Origin: Tetramitus jugosus
Taxonomy: Eukaryota; Protista; Heterolobosea
Assembly: GCA_937625935.1 (NCBI GenBank)
Contig: OW569354.1
Coordinates: 434,001 to 498,000 of the forward strand
Direction of reading: 5' to 3'
Length of the DNA stretch: 64,000 nucleotides
Part shown: piece after piece, positions 31,174 through 43,202 of the stretch
Layout of the letters: every line of letters begins with the position of its first letter
How positions within the stretch are numbered: position 1 is the stretch's first letter
Program-made: the position numbers and the translations under genes
The notes under the pieces: model-generated
The model's database searches: none
What the model saw: the letters and a program-made list of their open reading frames with translations, nothing else
Told to the model about the DNA's origin: nothing

Positions 31174-33406
31174 ATGTTAAAGTTTGCACAGTGTCAGAGG
31201 CGTTTATTGCGTCCTTCCACCCTGTCCACAACGATACATCGTGGCAGTAGTACCACACGTGTTGGCATACGTTCAATCCACACTCCGATCACTTCCCGCC
31301 AAAAACTTTTGGCGCCAACTTGGTCCACTACAGCTTCACATGCTTGTATTGTTTGCAGCAGTGGTCAAGCAAGGTGTTATCACCACTATGGCGGAGCTAA
31401 GCTTTCACAAATGTCATCGCAGGCATCCAACAATGATACTGTCCAACAAACAAAACAACAAGAACTACAAGAACAACAAGAACAGTTAAAACAAGCAGAG
31501 AAAGAACAGCCTTTGAAGGAAAACTCCACGAAAAGCAACAAGAAATCCCTCTCTTCCCAATGGCAAATCACGAAACGTATCATGGAGTTTGGTAAGCCAG
31601 AATCAAAGCTACTGGGGATTGCTATCGTTGGTCTCGCAGTCTCCACATCTGTCTCTCTTGCTTTTCCCTATGGACTGGGCATGTTGGTCGATGCGATCAA
31701 CATTCCTGACAAGGCAGAAGCGATTCAAACGTTAAAGACGATTGGATTGGGATTGACTGGTCTGTTTGCAGTGTCAGGATTGGCGACTGTCGCTCGTGTC
31801 TCTGCGATTCAAATCGCTGGTCAGCGCGTCGCAAAAGCAATGAGACAAAAATTGTTTGATCATTACATGAGACAAGATGTAGCATTTTTTGATAAGAGCA
31901 AGACTGGTGAGCTAGTGAATCGTTTGAGCACGGATGTGACGGTGGTGAGTGATACGTTGACATCGACCATTGTTTCTGGTTTTAGATCATTGGCTGAAGC
32001 GATTGGAGGTATTACTTTGCTCCTGTTTTTGTCCACAAAGCTTACGATGGCTGCTGTTGCCGTGTTTCCTGCGATCGGTATCGGTGCTGTCACCTATGGT
32101 CGCTACGTGAAGAAAATGAACAAGGATTACATGGATGCTCTCGCGGCATCCACGAGCACCGCACAAGAGAAAATCAGTAGCATTCGTACAGTGCGTCAGT
32201 TTGCTGCCGAGTCAATAGAACAACAACGCTATGCCGCTGTCATCCAATCAATTTACGAACTAGGAAAGAAGCTCGGTATTGCACGTGGTGTCTTCTATGG
32301 TGGTATTCTGACTGCTACCAATTTGGCTACGCTGGGCGTGTTGGCATTCGGTGGTCTCGGTGTCATTAATGGAACACTGACTGTTGGTCAATTGACTTCC
32401 TTCTTAATTTATAGTGTGTATGTCGGCGTATCGTTCAACAATCTTTCTAGTGTGTACAGTGATGTGATGAGAGCCATTGGTTCCAGTGAACGCATGTTTG
32501 AGATTCTGGATCAAGTTCCTAGCATGCCACTCGAAGGTGGATTGAAACTGAATGACATTAGAGGTGACATATCCTTCCACAATGTTTGTTTCTCCTATCC
32601 AGCCAGAAACGACGTTTCGATTCTCAATGATTTCAATGTGGAGATCTCAGCAGGTGACAGCATTGCAATCGTCGGTCATTCGGGATCAGGTAAGTTTAAA
32701 TCTTTTATTAATCAATTGAATTTTTACAAAATATTCTTCTTGTTACTGACGCTCTTCAACTCAAGGTAAGAGCACAATTGCCGGATTGTTGAGTCGATTG
32801 TACGATGTCGACCAAGGATCCATCATGATTGATGGTCATGATATTCGTACGTTGGATCCCACATGGCTCAGAGATCATATTGGTGTTGTGAGTCAAGAAC
32901 CAGTGATATTTGATATGAGTATTCGGGAGAATATCGCATATGGATGCAACAGAAGCGACTTGACTGATGAGGAGGTGATTGCTGCAGCAAAGATGGCACA
33001 TGCCGATGATTTCATATCGGAAATGCCAGATGGCTATGATACCATGGTTGGTGAACGTGGCGTGACACTGAGTGGAGGTCAAAAACAAAGAATAGCAATT
33101 GCTCGTGTGCTTCTCAAGAATCCAAAGATTTTGATCTTGGATGAATCGACATCTTCACTCGATGCAAAGAGTGAGCAATTGATTCAAGACACGTTGAAGC
33201 ATGTCATGGTGGGCCGAACAACAATTGTTATCGCTCATCGATTATCCACTATCCAATCAGCGAAAAAGATTGTTGTGTTGGATGGTGGTAGAGTGGCTGA
33301 GATTGGTTCTCACTCAGATTTGATGAAAATCAATGGCAAGTATCGTGATCTTGTGTCAAGACAGATGAATGCCTGGCAACACACTTCTGAAACCTCTTCC
33401 GAATAA
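31174..33406 (+). CDS. Mitochondrial ABCB10/Mdl1-like half transporter (intron 32690-32765)
   Basis: Mitochondrial presequence, ABC TM domain, spliced Walker A GHSGSGKST, LSGGQ, ILILDE. Confidence 0.92.
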
Positions 33407-33508
33407 ACTGAATGACGGAACGGAATAATATTGTAAATATTTTGTAAACCTCACGTTTTTATTGTGCGATTCCGATTGTTTTTTGGTTTGTTCAACAGCC
33501 GCTTTCCT

Positions 33509-33751
33509 TTACTTGTGTTTGTGAGGAACGAATGGCAAGTTCTCAGCATCCTTCTCTTCCTTCTCCGGCAAACCATGGTGATGTGGCTTCACATTTGGAT
33601 AGTGCAGGGTCTGACCAGTGTTCTTGTCCTCCACCTGGATAGTTCTGTTGTGGAAGACGTTCTCTCTGTCATCAATGATGTGAACATTCTCGTCAGCCAA
33701 CTTGTCCTTGAGTGGCGTAAACTTTTTATCTCCTTTCTTTTCTTCAACCAT
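33509..33751 (-). CDS. Small hypothetical protein (80 aa)
   Basis: ATG ORF with CAA-rich leader and AATAAA downstream; hydrophilic, no recognised domain. Confidence 0.55.
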   Translation of the reverse strand: MVEEKKGDKKFTPLKDKLADENVHIIDDRENVFHNRTIQVEDKNTGQTLHYPNVKPHHHGLPEKEEKDAENLPFVPHKHK

Positions 33752-33957
33752 TTTCTCTTTTTACTGTCTTACTGTTGTATGTGATTGTTGTTGTGGATTG
33801 TATTTTGTCAACGAACAAATCGGATGTCCGGTTGTTCTTTTAAAACGAGTTGGTAGATCTATGCAAGAGATTCTTGATCTCAGATAAACACTTGTTTCTG
33901 GCGATCTGAATGAGTTCTATTTCTTGAATATTTACAATTTACTGTTGTGAAAAATGA

Positions 33958-34774
33958 TCAATGTCCATGTTCCAACAAGTATCCCACAACTTCTGTTCTT
34001 TCATTGTAAAAATTCTGAAATTGTTGGGCAATGTATTGAAATGGCTCTTCGACCATGTTGGAGTCAGCCATGGCAGACATCTTGTAAAAGCTCAGGTTAT
34101 GACTCTTAGCAAATCCTTCACCCTGTATTGGTGACACCTTCTGGAATGCGGTTTGATCGGACTTGTTCCCGATCAGCACACCAATTAATGTTGGAGAATG
34201 TTTCTTCTTGTCTGTTGAAGAAGGCCTTGACTTGGCACACTTCTCATACCATTTCTGAGCATTCAAGAAACTGGATTCCTTTGTAACATCATATACAATG
34301 ACAAAAGCATTGCAATCCTCCAACTACGAATGAAATCATGTGTGAACAAACTACATGGAGTTAATCATTGGAAGATGTACATACCAAACCATCCACCGTG
34401 TCCTCATACAGTTTCGAGCCACCAATATCAAACAAGTACAACTCTATCTCGTCCATTGGCATTTGGTGGTGCCTGTGACCAGATTCAACAGGCATCTCCA
34501 CATGACCAAGCATTTGCTGTTGCAACGTGCTCAGTTCATCTTGATGATACTCGTCATCAGGGATCACCTCTCTCGGAATGACGGGAGTATCGGATGGAGG
34601 AGCAGTGAAGGAGCTGTTGGTACTAGGCAAGAGAATCTCCTTTCGAAAGACCTGAGGATAACTGGTTATGATGTACTGGTTGGGAAAGTTCCTCTCAACC
34701 AGCATCTTAATTATGGATGTCTTACCGGTTGTCGCATCTCCACAGAGGACAACTTTACATCTGAGCTTGACCAT
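33958..34774 (-). CDS. IFT27: IFT27/RabL4 small GTPase (intron 34384-34324)
   Basis: MVKLRCKVVLCGDATTGKT, IELYLFDIGG, VYDVT, GVLIGNKSD; no C-terminal prenylation motif. Confidence 0.82.
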
Positions 34775-34954
34775 ATCTGAAGCCGTGGTGTGCAGAGGAC
34801 AAAGAATGCGTGAACACAAGAACTGTAAGAGCTGGTTTTTAGCGCGAAAAATCAGCTCGTGGTTGGTTGATTGGAATGTCTTATTTATTTGAGTTTCATA
34901 CAATTGTGTGTCGTTTTGTTCAACACCATTTCTTTAGTGATGAGGGTTCATTGT

Positions 34955-36985
34955 TTATCTTGTGTCAACAATGTCATCAATCTTCAAGATCAGTCTGACA
35001 GTTTCGGTAGCAAGAGTCAAGGCACTCAATGTGGTCAACAATGGTTGCACAACATTCTCCTCAACCATGTCGGAGATGATACCCTTACGAACGTTGATAC
35101 CAGCATTCTTCTCGCCTTGAACGTGTCTGTTTCTCAATTCGGTCGTTATAGCAATAGGATGCAAGCCAGCATTCTCAGCCAAAGTTGTTGGAATAATTTC
35201 CAAAGCTTCAGCATATGCACGGACGCAGAAGCTCTCAGCACCAGTCAGCTCCTTTGCGTATCTGCTCAATTGAACAGAGAGTTCAACTTCTGGAGCAGAA
35301 CCACCAGCAATGATAAACTTTTTCTTGACCAAACTTCTAACAACACAGAGAGCATCGTGCAAAGATCTATCAGTCTCATCCAAAAGCATCTTGTTTGATC
35401 CTCTGACAAGAGCAGTAATTGTCTTTCCCTTGGTTGGGATGTCAGTAACCTTTACAATCTTTCCGTCATTGGTGCTAATCTCTTCAACCAAACCAGCTTT
35501 GCCCAACTTTTCTGGCTTCATAGAGTCCAGTGAAGCAATAGGCTTGCAGTTCAATGTCTTAGCAATGAAATTAATGTCCTTTCTTTCAATATCTTGGATA
35601 ACCATGATACCCATCTTTGCCAAAAAGTGCAGAGACATGTCGCTGGTGGCATCTCTCAAGATTGACTTTTGAATCAATAGTACATTACATCCACTCTTCT
35701 TAATTTGTTTACACATGTTGAGCAAATAGGTTCTTTCTTCCTTCAACAATCTATCGATTTGAGTGTAATCGTTGACAACGATGCTGTTCTCAACATCAGT
35801 CTTTGGAGGAGAAACACAGAATTGAATGAGAGCAATCTTTGCGTCCTTGATTCTAGTCGGACCACCAGCAGTCTTGGATGCATGTTGAGTGAACACCAAA
35901 CCATCAATCAACTCAGTGTCTTCCAAAGTACCACCTAGCTTCTTCACAACTCTAATATCGTTCAAATCGACGTTGGTGGCATCGTTGGACTCAACAACAC
36001 GCAAAACAGCATCAACAGCCAATGGAGCCAAAATGTCAGAGTGTTGAGAGACAACCTTGGATGCGAGAGAAGTCTTTGCTGATTTGATCATGGATTCTCT
36101 GTCAGTCAAATCGACACTTGTGCTCATTCCTTCCAAAATCTCTCTTGATTTATCAATAGCCAATTTGAATGAGTCAGAGATGATTGTTGGATGAATACCC
36201 TTGGTCATCAACTTTTGGCAGCAGTCCAAAAGAGCACCAGCCATCACAACAACGGATGTAGTACCGTCACCAGCCTCAATATCCTGTGCTTTTGCGAGCT
36301 CTACCAACTAAAAAGTTCATTTTTTTTGGTCAACAAGAGCAACAATGATAATGTACAAACAGTAGAGTGTGAGTAATGATGAACACACTTGTCAACTAAA
36401 AACAATTTGTTTGAATCAACATACCATCTTGGCAGCTGGATGAGAGACATCAAGCTTTTGCAAAATGGTGGCACCATCATTGGTAATGACGACTTCGTCT
36501 CCATTGACAATCATCTTGTCCATACCTCTTGGACCCAAACTGGTTCTAACAGCATCAGCAACACCTATGTGAGAAAAAAAAATGGTGGTGAGATCAGAGT
36601 CACTTCATGAGGATAGAATGAGTTGGACATGCACAAGTGATCACGATTTGCTTTTTGAACATCACCAAACATCACTCAATCAACAAGCTTTTTTTCTCCA
36701 AGTTGTTGTTGGCATGCGTGATACATAATGGTGATTCGTACACATTCACTACAACATAAAGTGCATTTTTTGTAGTTGTGAAAGCTTCACGACATGAGAA
36801 GCTACGTGAACGTGATCACTTGTGAAATTGAAATCTGTTATATGATTATTGTTGGTCATCATACCTTTTGCTGCGACAATGTTAGATGTTCTAACGTCCT
36901 TTCCTCTTTCGTTACCACCAGAGGATGTGCTACGATCTTCACCTCTTCTAAGGGTGTTTTGTACAGATTTTGAAGCTTGAGACAT
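34955..36985 (-). CDS. CCT4: T-complex protein 1 subunit delta (introns 36864-36565, 36424-36308)
   Basis: [62 protein letters not shown]. Confidence 0.95.
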
Positions 36986-37734
36986 GATTTGCGCCTATTG
37001 TTTTGTTGATGTTGTATTGGGAGTTGGGAAAGAGAAAATTTTTGTTTTTGGTGTGCTATTTCACAACTTGTTTTGATGGATGGATGATGGTCAAGCAGAG
37101 TGAATGTTTGCGAGGGAAACTAGTCGCGGTTTTAGGAGGGCGGAAGTTTCTCGAGAATCATATTGTAAAAGATCAAAATTCCTCCTCTCAGACAAAAAAA
37201 TACAAGACCTTTCCCTTTGCTGTGATGCAGTTGCCTGTATGAAACACCAAAGGATTGTTTTCCAATACGTTTTTTTGGAGAACTAGCTTAGTCAACCAAC
37301 AAGGAACCCTGCAGGAAAAAGAAAAGGAGTTTAGGACTAATACAAGATTAATCCAGACTGTATTAATCTTAAATGCTTATCCTTTCAGGTTCCCATCGCC
37401 GAACTCACCCAGTGATGGAGAAAAACGCTGCTTCTTGCAAGATTCTGGTATTTAATGCGCAATATCGGATGTGAATACTTCCGTAGAAGTCCGAAAATAA
37501 GTGGTGAAGGAAACAGATTTAGAGTGTATCACATGGCCCGACGGCTAACCAAGATCACAGCCCGGACCAGAAAATATACTGTGCGGAGCAAGTGCGCCTC
37601 AATTATCACCCTTAGGACTTGTAAATAAATTGGAATTCCCGGGATTGCTTCATCCTTTAACCTTTGAATACAAAACAACCAATCAACAACACTACCCTCA
37701 TACAAAGGATATTATATCATTCATCATCAACAAC

Positions 37735-38301
37735 ATGTTTGGAGGACTACTCGGATACAGCAGTGGAAACACAAGTACAAGCACAGTTCAACCACAAGTG
37801 ATCAACTATGGTCAACCGATCGACGAGAAACAAAAGAACTCGTCGATCCACGATATTATCGTCATAGAAAACTGCTCTGTTCAAGACTGTTTCAATGTTA
37901 TTGCACAAATTGAGAGATACCCAGAGTTCATTGGCGTCTACTCCAAAGTTGAGATTCTGTCCAGAAGCAGCGGCGACCCCAACAATCAAACCATGATTGC
38001 AAAGTACTATGTCCACACAACTTTCAAGAACATTACCTATACTCTGAGGTTACAACAAATCTGCCATGGCTCACAAGCACAGGTACGATATAACTTGGTC
38101 GAAGGACCCTTCTCTCACCATTCTGGCGGTTGGGATCTTATACAGAGAGGCAACCATGTGGAAGCACATTATCACATTGACCTTCAATTCAGTTTTGGTG
38201 TTCCTAAAATGGTCAGGAATTGGGTGATGAACAGTGTTCTGCAATCCTCCATGAGCTCAATCAAACAACGAGTTCAGGAGGTTTCAGTAGGAGCCAACTA
38301 G
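37735..38301 (+). CDS. START/SRPBCC (Coq10/RatA/polyketide cyclase-like) protein
   Basis: CFNVIAQIERYPEFI and LVEGPFSHHSGGW motifs. Confidence 0.8.
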   Translation: MFGGLLGYSSGNTSTSTVQPQVINYGQPIDEKQKNSSIHDIIVIENCSVQDCFNVIAQIERYPEFIGVYSKVEILSRSSGDPNNQTMIAKYYVHTTFKNITYTLRLQQICHGSQAQVRYNLVEGPFSHHSGGWDLIQRGNHVEAHYHIDLQFSFGVPKMVRNWVMNSVLQSSMSSIKQRVQEVSVGAN

Positions 38302-38570
38302 CCCACATTCATGAACACACAACTTTGGAACAGAGGGAAAGAGCTTCTCTGTTCAGTGTTTCAACTCGGACTGTGCAATTTACCCAAACCATTAACCACA
38401 CATATACTATAACCTTACTTACACCCAATGAAATCAAAGCAACTGCAAGTTTGTTGCCTCCAAAAACTGCAGGGATCCGCGGCACCTTGCTTGATATCAG
38501 TCGATAATTTATCCGTACATTATTAAATACAACCATTTTGAACCATTGACAGCGTAAAAGCTTTTCCAAT

Positions 38571-39545
38571 TTATTTCATGTTGATTACACCTCCCATGGA
38601 GTGAGTGTGACGCATGCCTGTGAGTATGGTGCCCTTCAGTTTTACACCCGTGATCCTTGCACCTGCAAGATTCGAATTAATCAACATTGTGTGCATCATG
38701 TCTGCGTTTGTCAAGTTGGAGTCTCTGAAATCACAATGACTAAAATCACAGTTGACCATTTTGCCATTGACGAGCTCACAGCCTTTGAACACTGCTTTCT
38801 GTGCTCGACATCTTGAAAGATTGCATCGGGACATCTTACTATGCGAGAACACTGCTCCAGACAAATCTGCATCACTCAAATCTGCTTCTTCCAAATTTGT
38901 ATTCATCAGTTTTGCGTTGCTTAAATTACAATGTTGAAGATTAGCTCCGCTGAGATCCAATCCACTCAAATCGAGTCCCATTAGTTTCAATCCACGAAAT
39001 CTGAGACAAGAGGACGTAGGCGATTGAATCAGAGCTCGAACAATATCTGCTCTCGTCAATTCTGGCTCCAATTCAGGATCACTGTCCGTCAGTGGTACCC
39101 CGTGCTTGATTTCCCACTTTTGAACATAGAACTCCAATTTTTGAACCAGTGTTTGTAAGTTAAAGTATTGTGCCTCGAGCAGAACACCTCTCGGATTGAT
39201 ATCATTATCAATCACAAGTTGGTCTCCACCTGTTCTCAAATAGTTCAATATGGGCTCAAAGTACTTTGGATTTCTGTCCAACAAGTATGGATTCATTGGA
39301 TGCGAAAGATCTCGAGCCAATAGGAACGGAGAGTCTTTTTGAAACATGAGACACAAGGCACTTTCCCGATCAGATTCGATGATGGCTCTCGTCGTTGTAA
39401 ACAGCCTTCCATCCATGAATATCGATATCCATTCTTCTTCTACTTCTTCTGTGAGTTGTTGTTCTTTTTTGACTGGTTGGTTCGATGTCTGTGCATCAGA
39501 GTCCATGACACTAGACTCTGTCACATTTTCTTCTTCTTGGGACAT
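38571..39545 (-). CDS. KCTD9-like BTB/POZ plus pentapeptide-repeat protein
   Basis: GRLFTTTR and LLDRNPKYFEPILNYLR (T1-BTB), followed by A(D/N)LXX repeats. Confidence 0.9.
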   Translation of the reverse strand: MSQEEENVTESSVMDSDAQTSNQPVKKEQQLTEEVEEEWISIFMDGRLFTTTRAIIESDRESALCLMFQKDSPFLLARDLSHPMNPYLLDRNPKYFEPILNYLRTGGDQLVIDNDINPRGVLLEAQYFNLQTLVQKLEFYVQKWEIKHGVPLTDSDPELEPELTRADIVRALIQSPTSSCLRFRGLKLMGLDLSGLDLSGANLQHCNLSNAKLMNTNLEEADLSDADLSGAVFSHSKMSRCNLSRCRAQKAVFKGCELVNGKMVNCDFSHCDFRDSNLTNADMMHTMLINSNLAGARITGVKLKGTILTGMRHTHSMGGVINMK

Positions 39546-39854
39546 TGTCAGGTGCAGTTGTATTTTTTGTCAGGTGGAAGTTCTATTCTGATTTTTCTAG
39601 AATGAAGAAACAAGCCGAACGACTGATTGCTCAAACCATCAATGATATCTTGAGACAAGTGTTCTGGTGGTCTTATCGAACCTGGACGCAACGTATGGAA
39701 CATGGTCGTCATTCTGTTGGCGTTACGTGGCAGTTTTGTTCCAACCAAAAATAACACATTCTGCCGACAATGCTTACAAAAAACTGGTTCTCTCTGCGTA
39801 TCGATCCAAGTGAAGAATAGTTCCACGATAACACTGAAATTGCAATTGGCAGAT

Positions 39855-41588
39855 TTACTTTGATGATATTGTAGCTTGTTGATCAATCTCTTGCATCTTG
39901 TCGGCAACAGCTTGTCTCAAATTTTGCTTCTCTTTCATGGCTTCTTCTTGCTCTTCCATCTTGCGTTTTGTTTCTGCGTCCATCCTCTCCAATGTTCTAT
40001 CGATTACACTCAACAAGTCACCATTCTTCTCAACGTCCTTCATTTCGATCAATCGATGCTTGAGACCCAACTCACCAGCACCCTTGACACATGCCATTCT
40101 TGCCATTGGTTCAGTGCTCATGTAGTACTTGTTAAATATTTCAGTTTCCCACTCTGGGTACTTGAGAATGGCCAATTGAGCCAAGATTTGAATTGGAATG
40201 TAAGTCGGTGTGTTCTTCTGCAAATATTCATATTCCTTGAGCAAATAGTTGTAGTCCTTCATGGAATTACCAAAGAAGGCAGCAATAACATCCACTGGCA
40301 TGTCCTCTGGATAGCAAGTGTTGTACAATCGATTCATACGGTCTGGTCCTGGTTTGCTCATTCTCTTGTTGGATGGGTATTGAATACGAACAAAGACTGG
40401 TAGAACAGCATCACTGGCTCCTTGACCACCATCTCCCAACTCCATATACAAATCACATCGAACCTCTACAGTGATAACAGATCGAGAGAACACTGTTCTG
40501 AACATGGATCTCACAACAGGGTTGTTGGCCACAAAACGATTGGATGATCCTAGGAGGATTGGAGTGTTGAACACAAAAGGATTGTTCATCAACGTCGTTT
40601 CAATATCTTTTGGATCTGTAACGTTACCCACGAACAAACAAGCCTCATTCTCGTACTCATTGTGATGGAGTTCCTTGAATCGTCTCGACAATGGATCCAC
40701 ATTGTTCTTCAAATGCTCCAACAACTTGTCACGCACCTTATCATATGTCAATTCTCCACTGGCAAGCTTTGCAGAGTCGAAACCAATCTGACTCAATGAG
40801 TCTTCAAAATCAGGCAAATGTCTCGATGCAGAAACAGACTCCACATTCATAAACTCTTCAAACAGTCTCTCTAGTGCCTCAACAGTTGGCTTAATAGGAA
40901 TCCAGAGAACAGGCGGAGTCGCCACACTCAACTGTATCATAATCTTTGGCTGTGCAGAATTGAGATCCAACCACAGATAGGATCGATGAGTCGGAGAGAA
41001 ATTCACAGGGAAGTCTCTAAAATCGGGGAAATAGAATGATTCTCCTACGAGGCAATACTCCTTGTTTCGTCCACCACTGGCCTTGACAAAATCAGAATCA
41101 GACAACAAGTGATTCAAGTGCCACATGATACCTTCCTCTTGAAAATTGACTTGATTATCCTTGATTGTACTGCTCGATACCTTATTGTTTGGAAAAGTAA
41201 TGACTTTGCACTGTTCTTTCGGATAGAACTGAATGTCATATTCATCCTTGAGTGATTTGAGTGCAGAGACATTGTTTGACTTCAAATCTTCGAACCACTG
41301 TGGTAACTCAAGTGGTGGTCTACCTCTGTAGTACTCGTGTTGAGTGAAAGCTTCAGGTCGAGCCTTGTTTTTCTGCATAGTTTCCATCATTTCTTCAATG
41401 GAAGGTGTTGGAAGATTTCCACCTGTGGCTGGCATGGATGGTGGAGCAACCATTGACTTTTTCGTGGCATAGCTTCTGTTGAAGAGAGGAGTTGTGGATA
41501 AGAGTGTCTGTTGATGATGACGGCCGTGATGGCGACAAAGGACCTGAGCTCTCTGCACGGCAGACAAACAAAATCTTCTCATTTGCAT
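39855..41588 (-). CDS. Uncharacterised mitochondrial protein
   Basis: Long ORF with an Arg-rich presequence ending ...FNRSYA; HEAT-like and coiled-coil C-terminus. Confidence 0.7.
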   Translation of the reverse strand: MQMRRFCLSAVQRAQVLCRHHGRHHQQTLLSTTPLFNRSYATKKSMVAPPSMPATGGNLPTPSIEEMMETMQKNKARPEAFTQHEYYRGRPPLELPQWFEDLKSNNVSALKSLKDEYDIQFYPKEQCKVITFPNNKVSSSTIKDNQVNFQEEGIMWHLNHLLSDSDFVKASGGRNKEYCLVGESFYFPDFRDFPVNFSPTHRSYLWLDLNSAQPKIMIQLSVATPPVLWIPIKPTVEALERLFEEFMNVESVSASRHLPDFEDSLSQIGFDSAKLASGELTYDKVRDKLLEHLKNNVDPLSRRFKELHHNEYENEACLFVGNVTDPKDIETTLMNNPFVFNTPILLGSSNRFVANNPVVRSMFRTVFSRSVITVEVRCDLYMELGDGGQGASDAVLPVFVRIQYPSNKRMSKPGPDRMNRLYNTCYPEDMPVDVIAAFFGNSMKDYNYLLKEYEYLQKNTPTYIPIQILAQLAILKYPEWETEIFNKYYMSTEPMARMACVKGAGELGLKHRLIEMKDVEKNGDLLSVIDRTLERMDAETKRKMEEQEEAMKEKQNLRQAVADKMQEIDQQATISSK

Positions 41589-41867
41589 TTTTTTTCGTTG
41601 TTTTGTGTTTGATTCCGGTTTTCCCGCCGTTTCACATTTATCGTTCAATGAACTCTCATGGACTTCTGTGCGAAGCAGAACTACGCACTTTGTTTCAACT
41701 TCAGGTTGCTCGCTTTTTTCTCCACTCTAAATATTGCTTCGATTGCCACCACCAACGAAAAAAAGCTCAACACTACCCCCAACGAACAACAACCAACCAT
41801 TTCGCTCTCAGAGTGCAACAACAACAACAACCTTATCCTACATCGTACATACTCTACAAAAAAAAAT

Positions 41868-43049
41868 ATGGATCAATCACTCAGTCAATATGGCATGACT
41901 CACATGCGCGTCGGTTTCACCAGTGGAGACGACGATGACTCTTATTTCAGCAACAATGAAGCGAACAATGCCAACAATAACACTGCAAGTGATTTTGACA
42001 GTGGTGTAGAGAAAGCTGAACGTGGTGAACAGTTGCATCGCATGGACACGAAAACCAAGCGAAAAAAGAAGAAGAAGATTTCGTCGGAGTATATTTCTCC
42101 GAATCTCCGATCATCCACCTCTGCGGTTCCGAGCTTGTATGAGATTGCTCAGAGACACAAGCAAATGGATCGTGGTGGTGACGATGAAGAGTACGATTCT
42201 GATGAAAATCAATCTTATGATTATCAGAGCGGAAAAATAGATGAGGCGGAGTATCGTGAGCTATTTAAAATTCCGTACGAGAGTGCGTTTACAAAGATTG
42301 TGACCAATCAAGTGGATCGATCGATTATTGAGCCCTTCTTGAACATGCACACGGATGCGCAACAAAAATCATTGGATAAGCTAATGAATGAGGAGGTCAT
42401 CAAGAGACAACAAGGCAAATTCAATGCACAGAGACGCGAGAGAGATATTGGTGCACCTGCAGCTCGATTTGCTCGGATAGAAGAGCAATTGAGAATGGGT
42501 CTTCGGAGAGAAGCTTCCTCGTGCTCTGATCTCCTGTTTCTCGTTCAGTTGGAGCAAGAGTTGACAACCTATGTCAATGAACAACAAGCATTGTTGTTGC
42601 AACAACTGGAAGAAGCAACATTTTCAGTGTTGCCACTCGTGCTCTCCTTTTCAGAGAGTTTCTATCGGTTCTTGTGCCACGGTGTCTGTCAATACTATGG
42701 TCTGCAATCCGTCAGTGTGGATCACACGGGCGGAAAGCGTGTGACCATGATTACGATGCCAAAGAACTATAATAGCTCATTGAACGAGTTTGTTCTTCCA
42801 TCGGTCTCACTGTATCAATACCTGGGTGAACTATCAGGCAAGGGCAATGTCATGTCATCACCAAGTGTCGATCCACAAGTCCTGTCCGAAACAAAGAAGC
42901 ATCAACGACTGGATTCTCAACAGTTCTTGAGTGCCAGAGGACGCGAGGTTGTTGATGAACATGCCAATAACGCGAATAACAAGCAACAACAGCAACAAAG
43001 AAAGAAGAAAAAGTACAGAAGAAATGCATTTGGAATTAAACAATGGTAA
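41868..43049 (+). CDS. R3H-domain protein (R3HDM4-like)
   Basis: SFYRFLCHGVCQYYGLQSVS has the R-x3-H motif. Start uncertain. Confidence 0.8.
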   Translation: MDQSLSQYGMTHMRVGFTSGDDDDSYFSNNEANNANNNTASDFDSGVEKAERGEQLHRMDTKTKRKKKKKISSEYISPNLRSSTSAVPSLYEIAQRHKQMDRGGDDEEYDSDENQSYDYQSGKIDEAEYRELFKIPYESAFTKIVTNQVDRSIIEPFLNMHTDAQQKSLDKLMNEEVIKRQQGKFNAQRRERDIGAPAARFARIEEQLRMGLRREASSCSDLLFLVQLEQELTTYVNEQQALLLQQLEEATFSVLPLVLSFSESFYRFLCHGVCQYYGLQSVSVDHTGGKRVTMITMPKNYNSSLNEFVLPSVSLYQYLGELSGKGNVMSSPSVDPQVLSETKKHQRLDSQQFLSARGREVVDEHANNANNKQQQQQRKKKKYRRNAFGIKQW

Positions 43050-43202
43050 CAACCGTTCAAATGTAAATGTATCTATTACTGATTGAAAAATCAATTACAC
43101 TTGTTCTCGTTGTTGGCCAAGGAGAAGCTTAGGGTATCTTCTACTCCAAGAAATAATCGTACAGGTGGCAATGAGAGCTCTCTCGTTTCAACAATGAATT
43201 GT

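Noticed and set aside
37344-37370. AAGATTAAT/ATTAATCTT hairpin in an intergenic region
   Set aside because: An isolated AT-rich 9-bp stem with no further structure or repeat.
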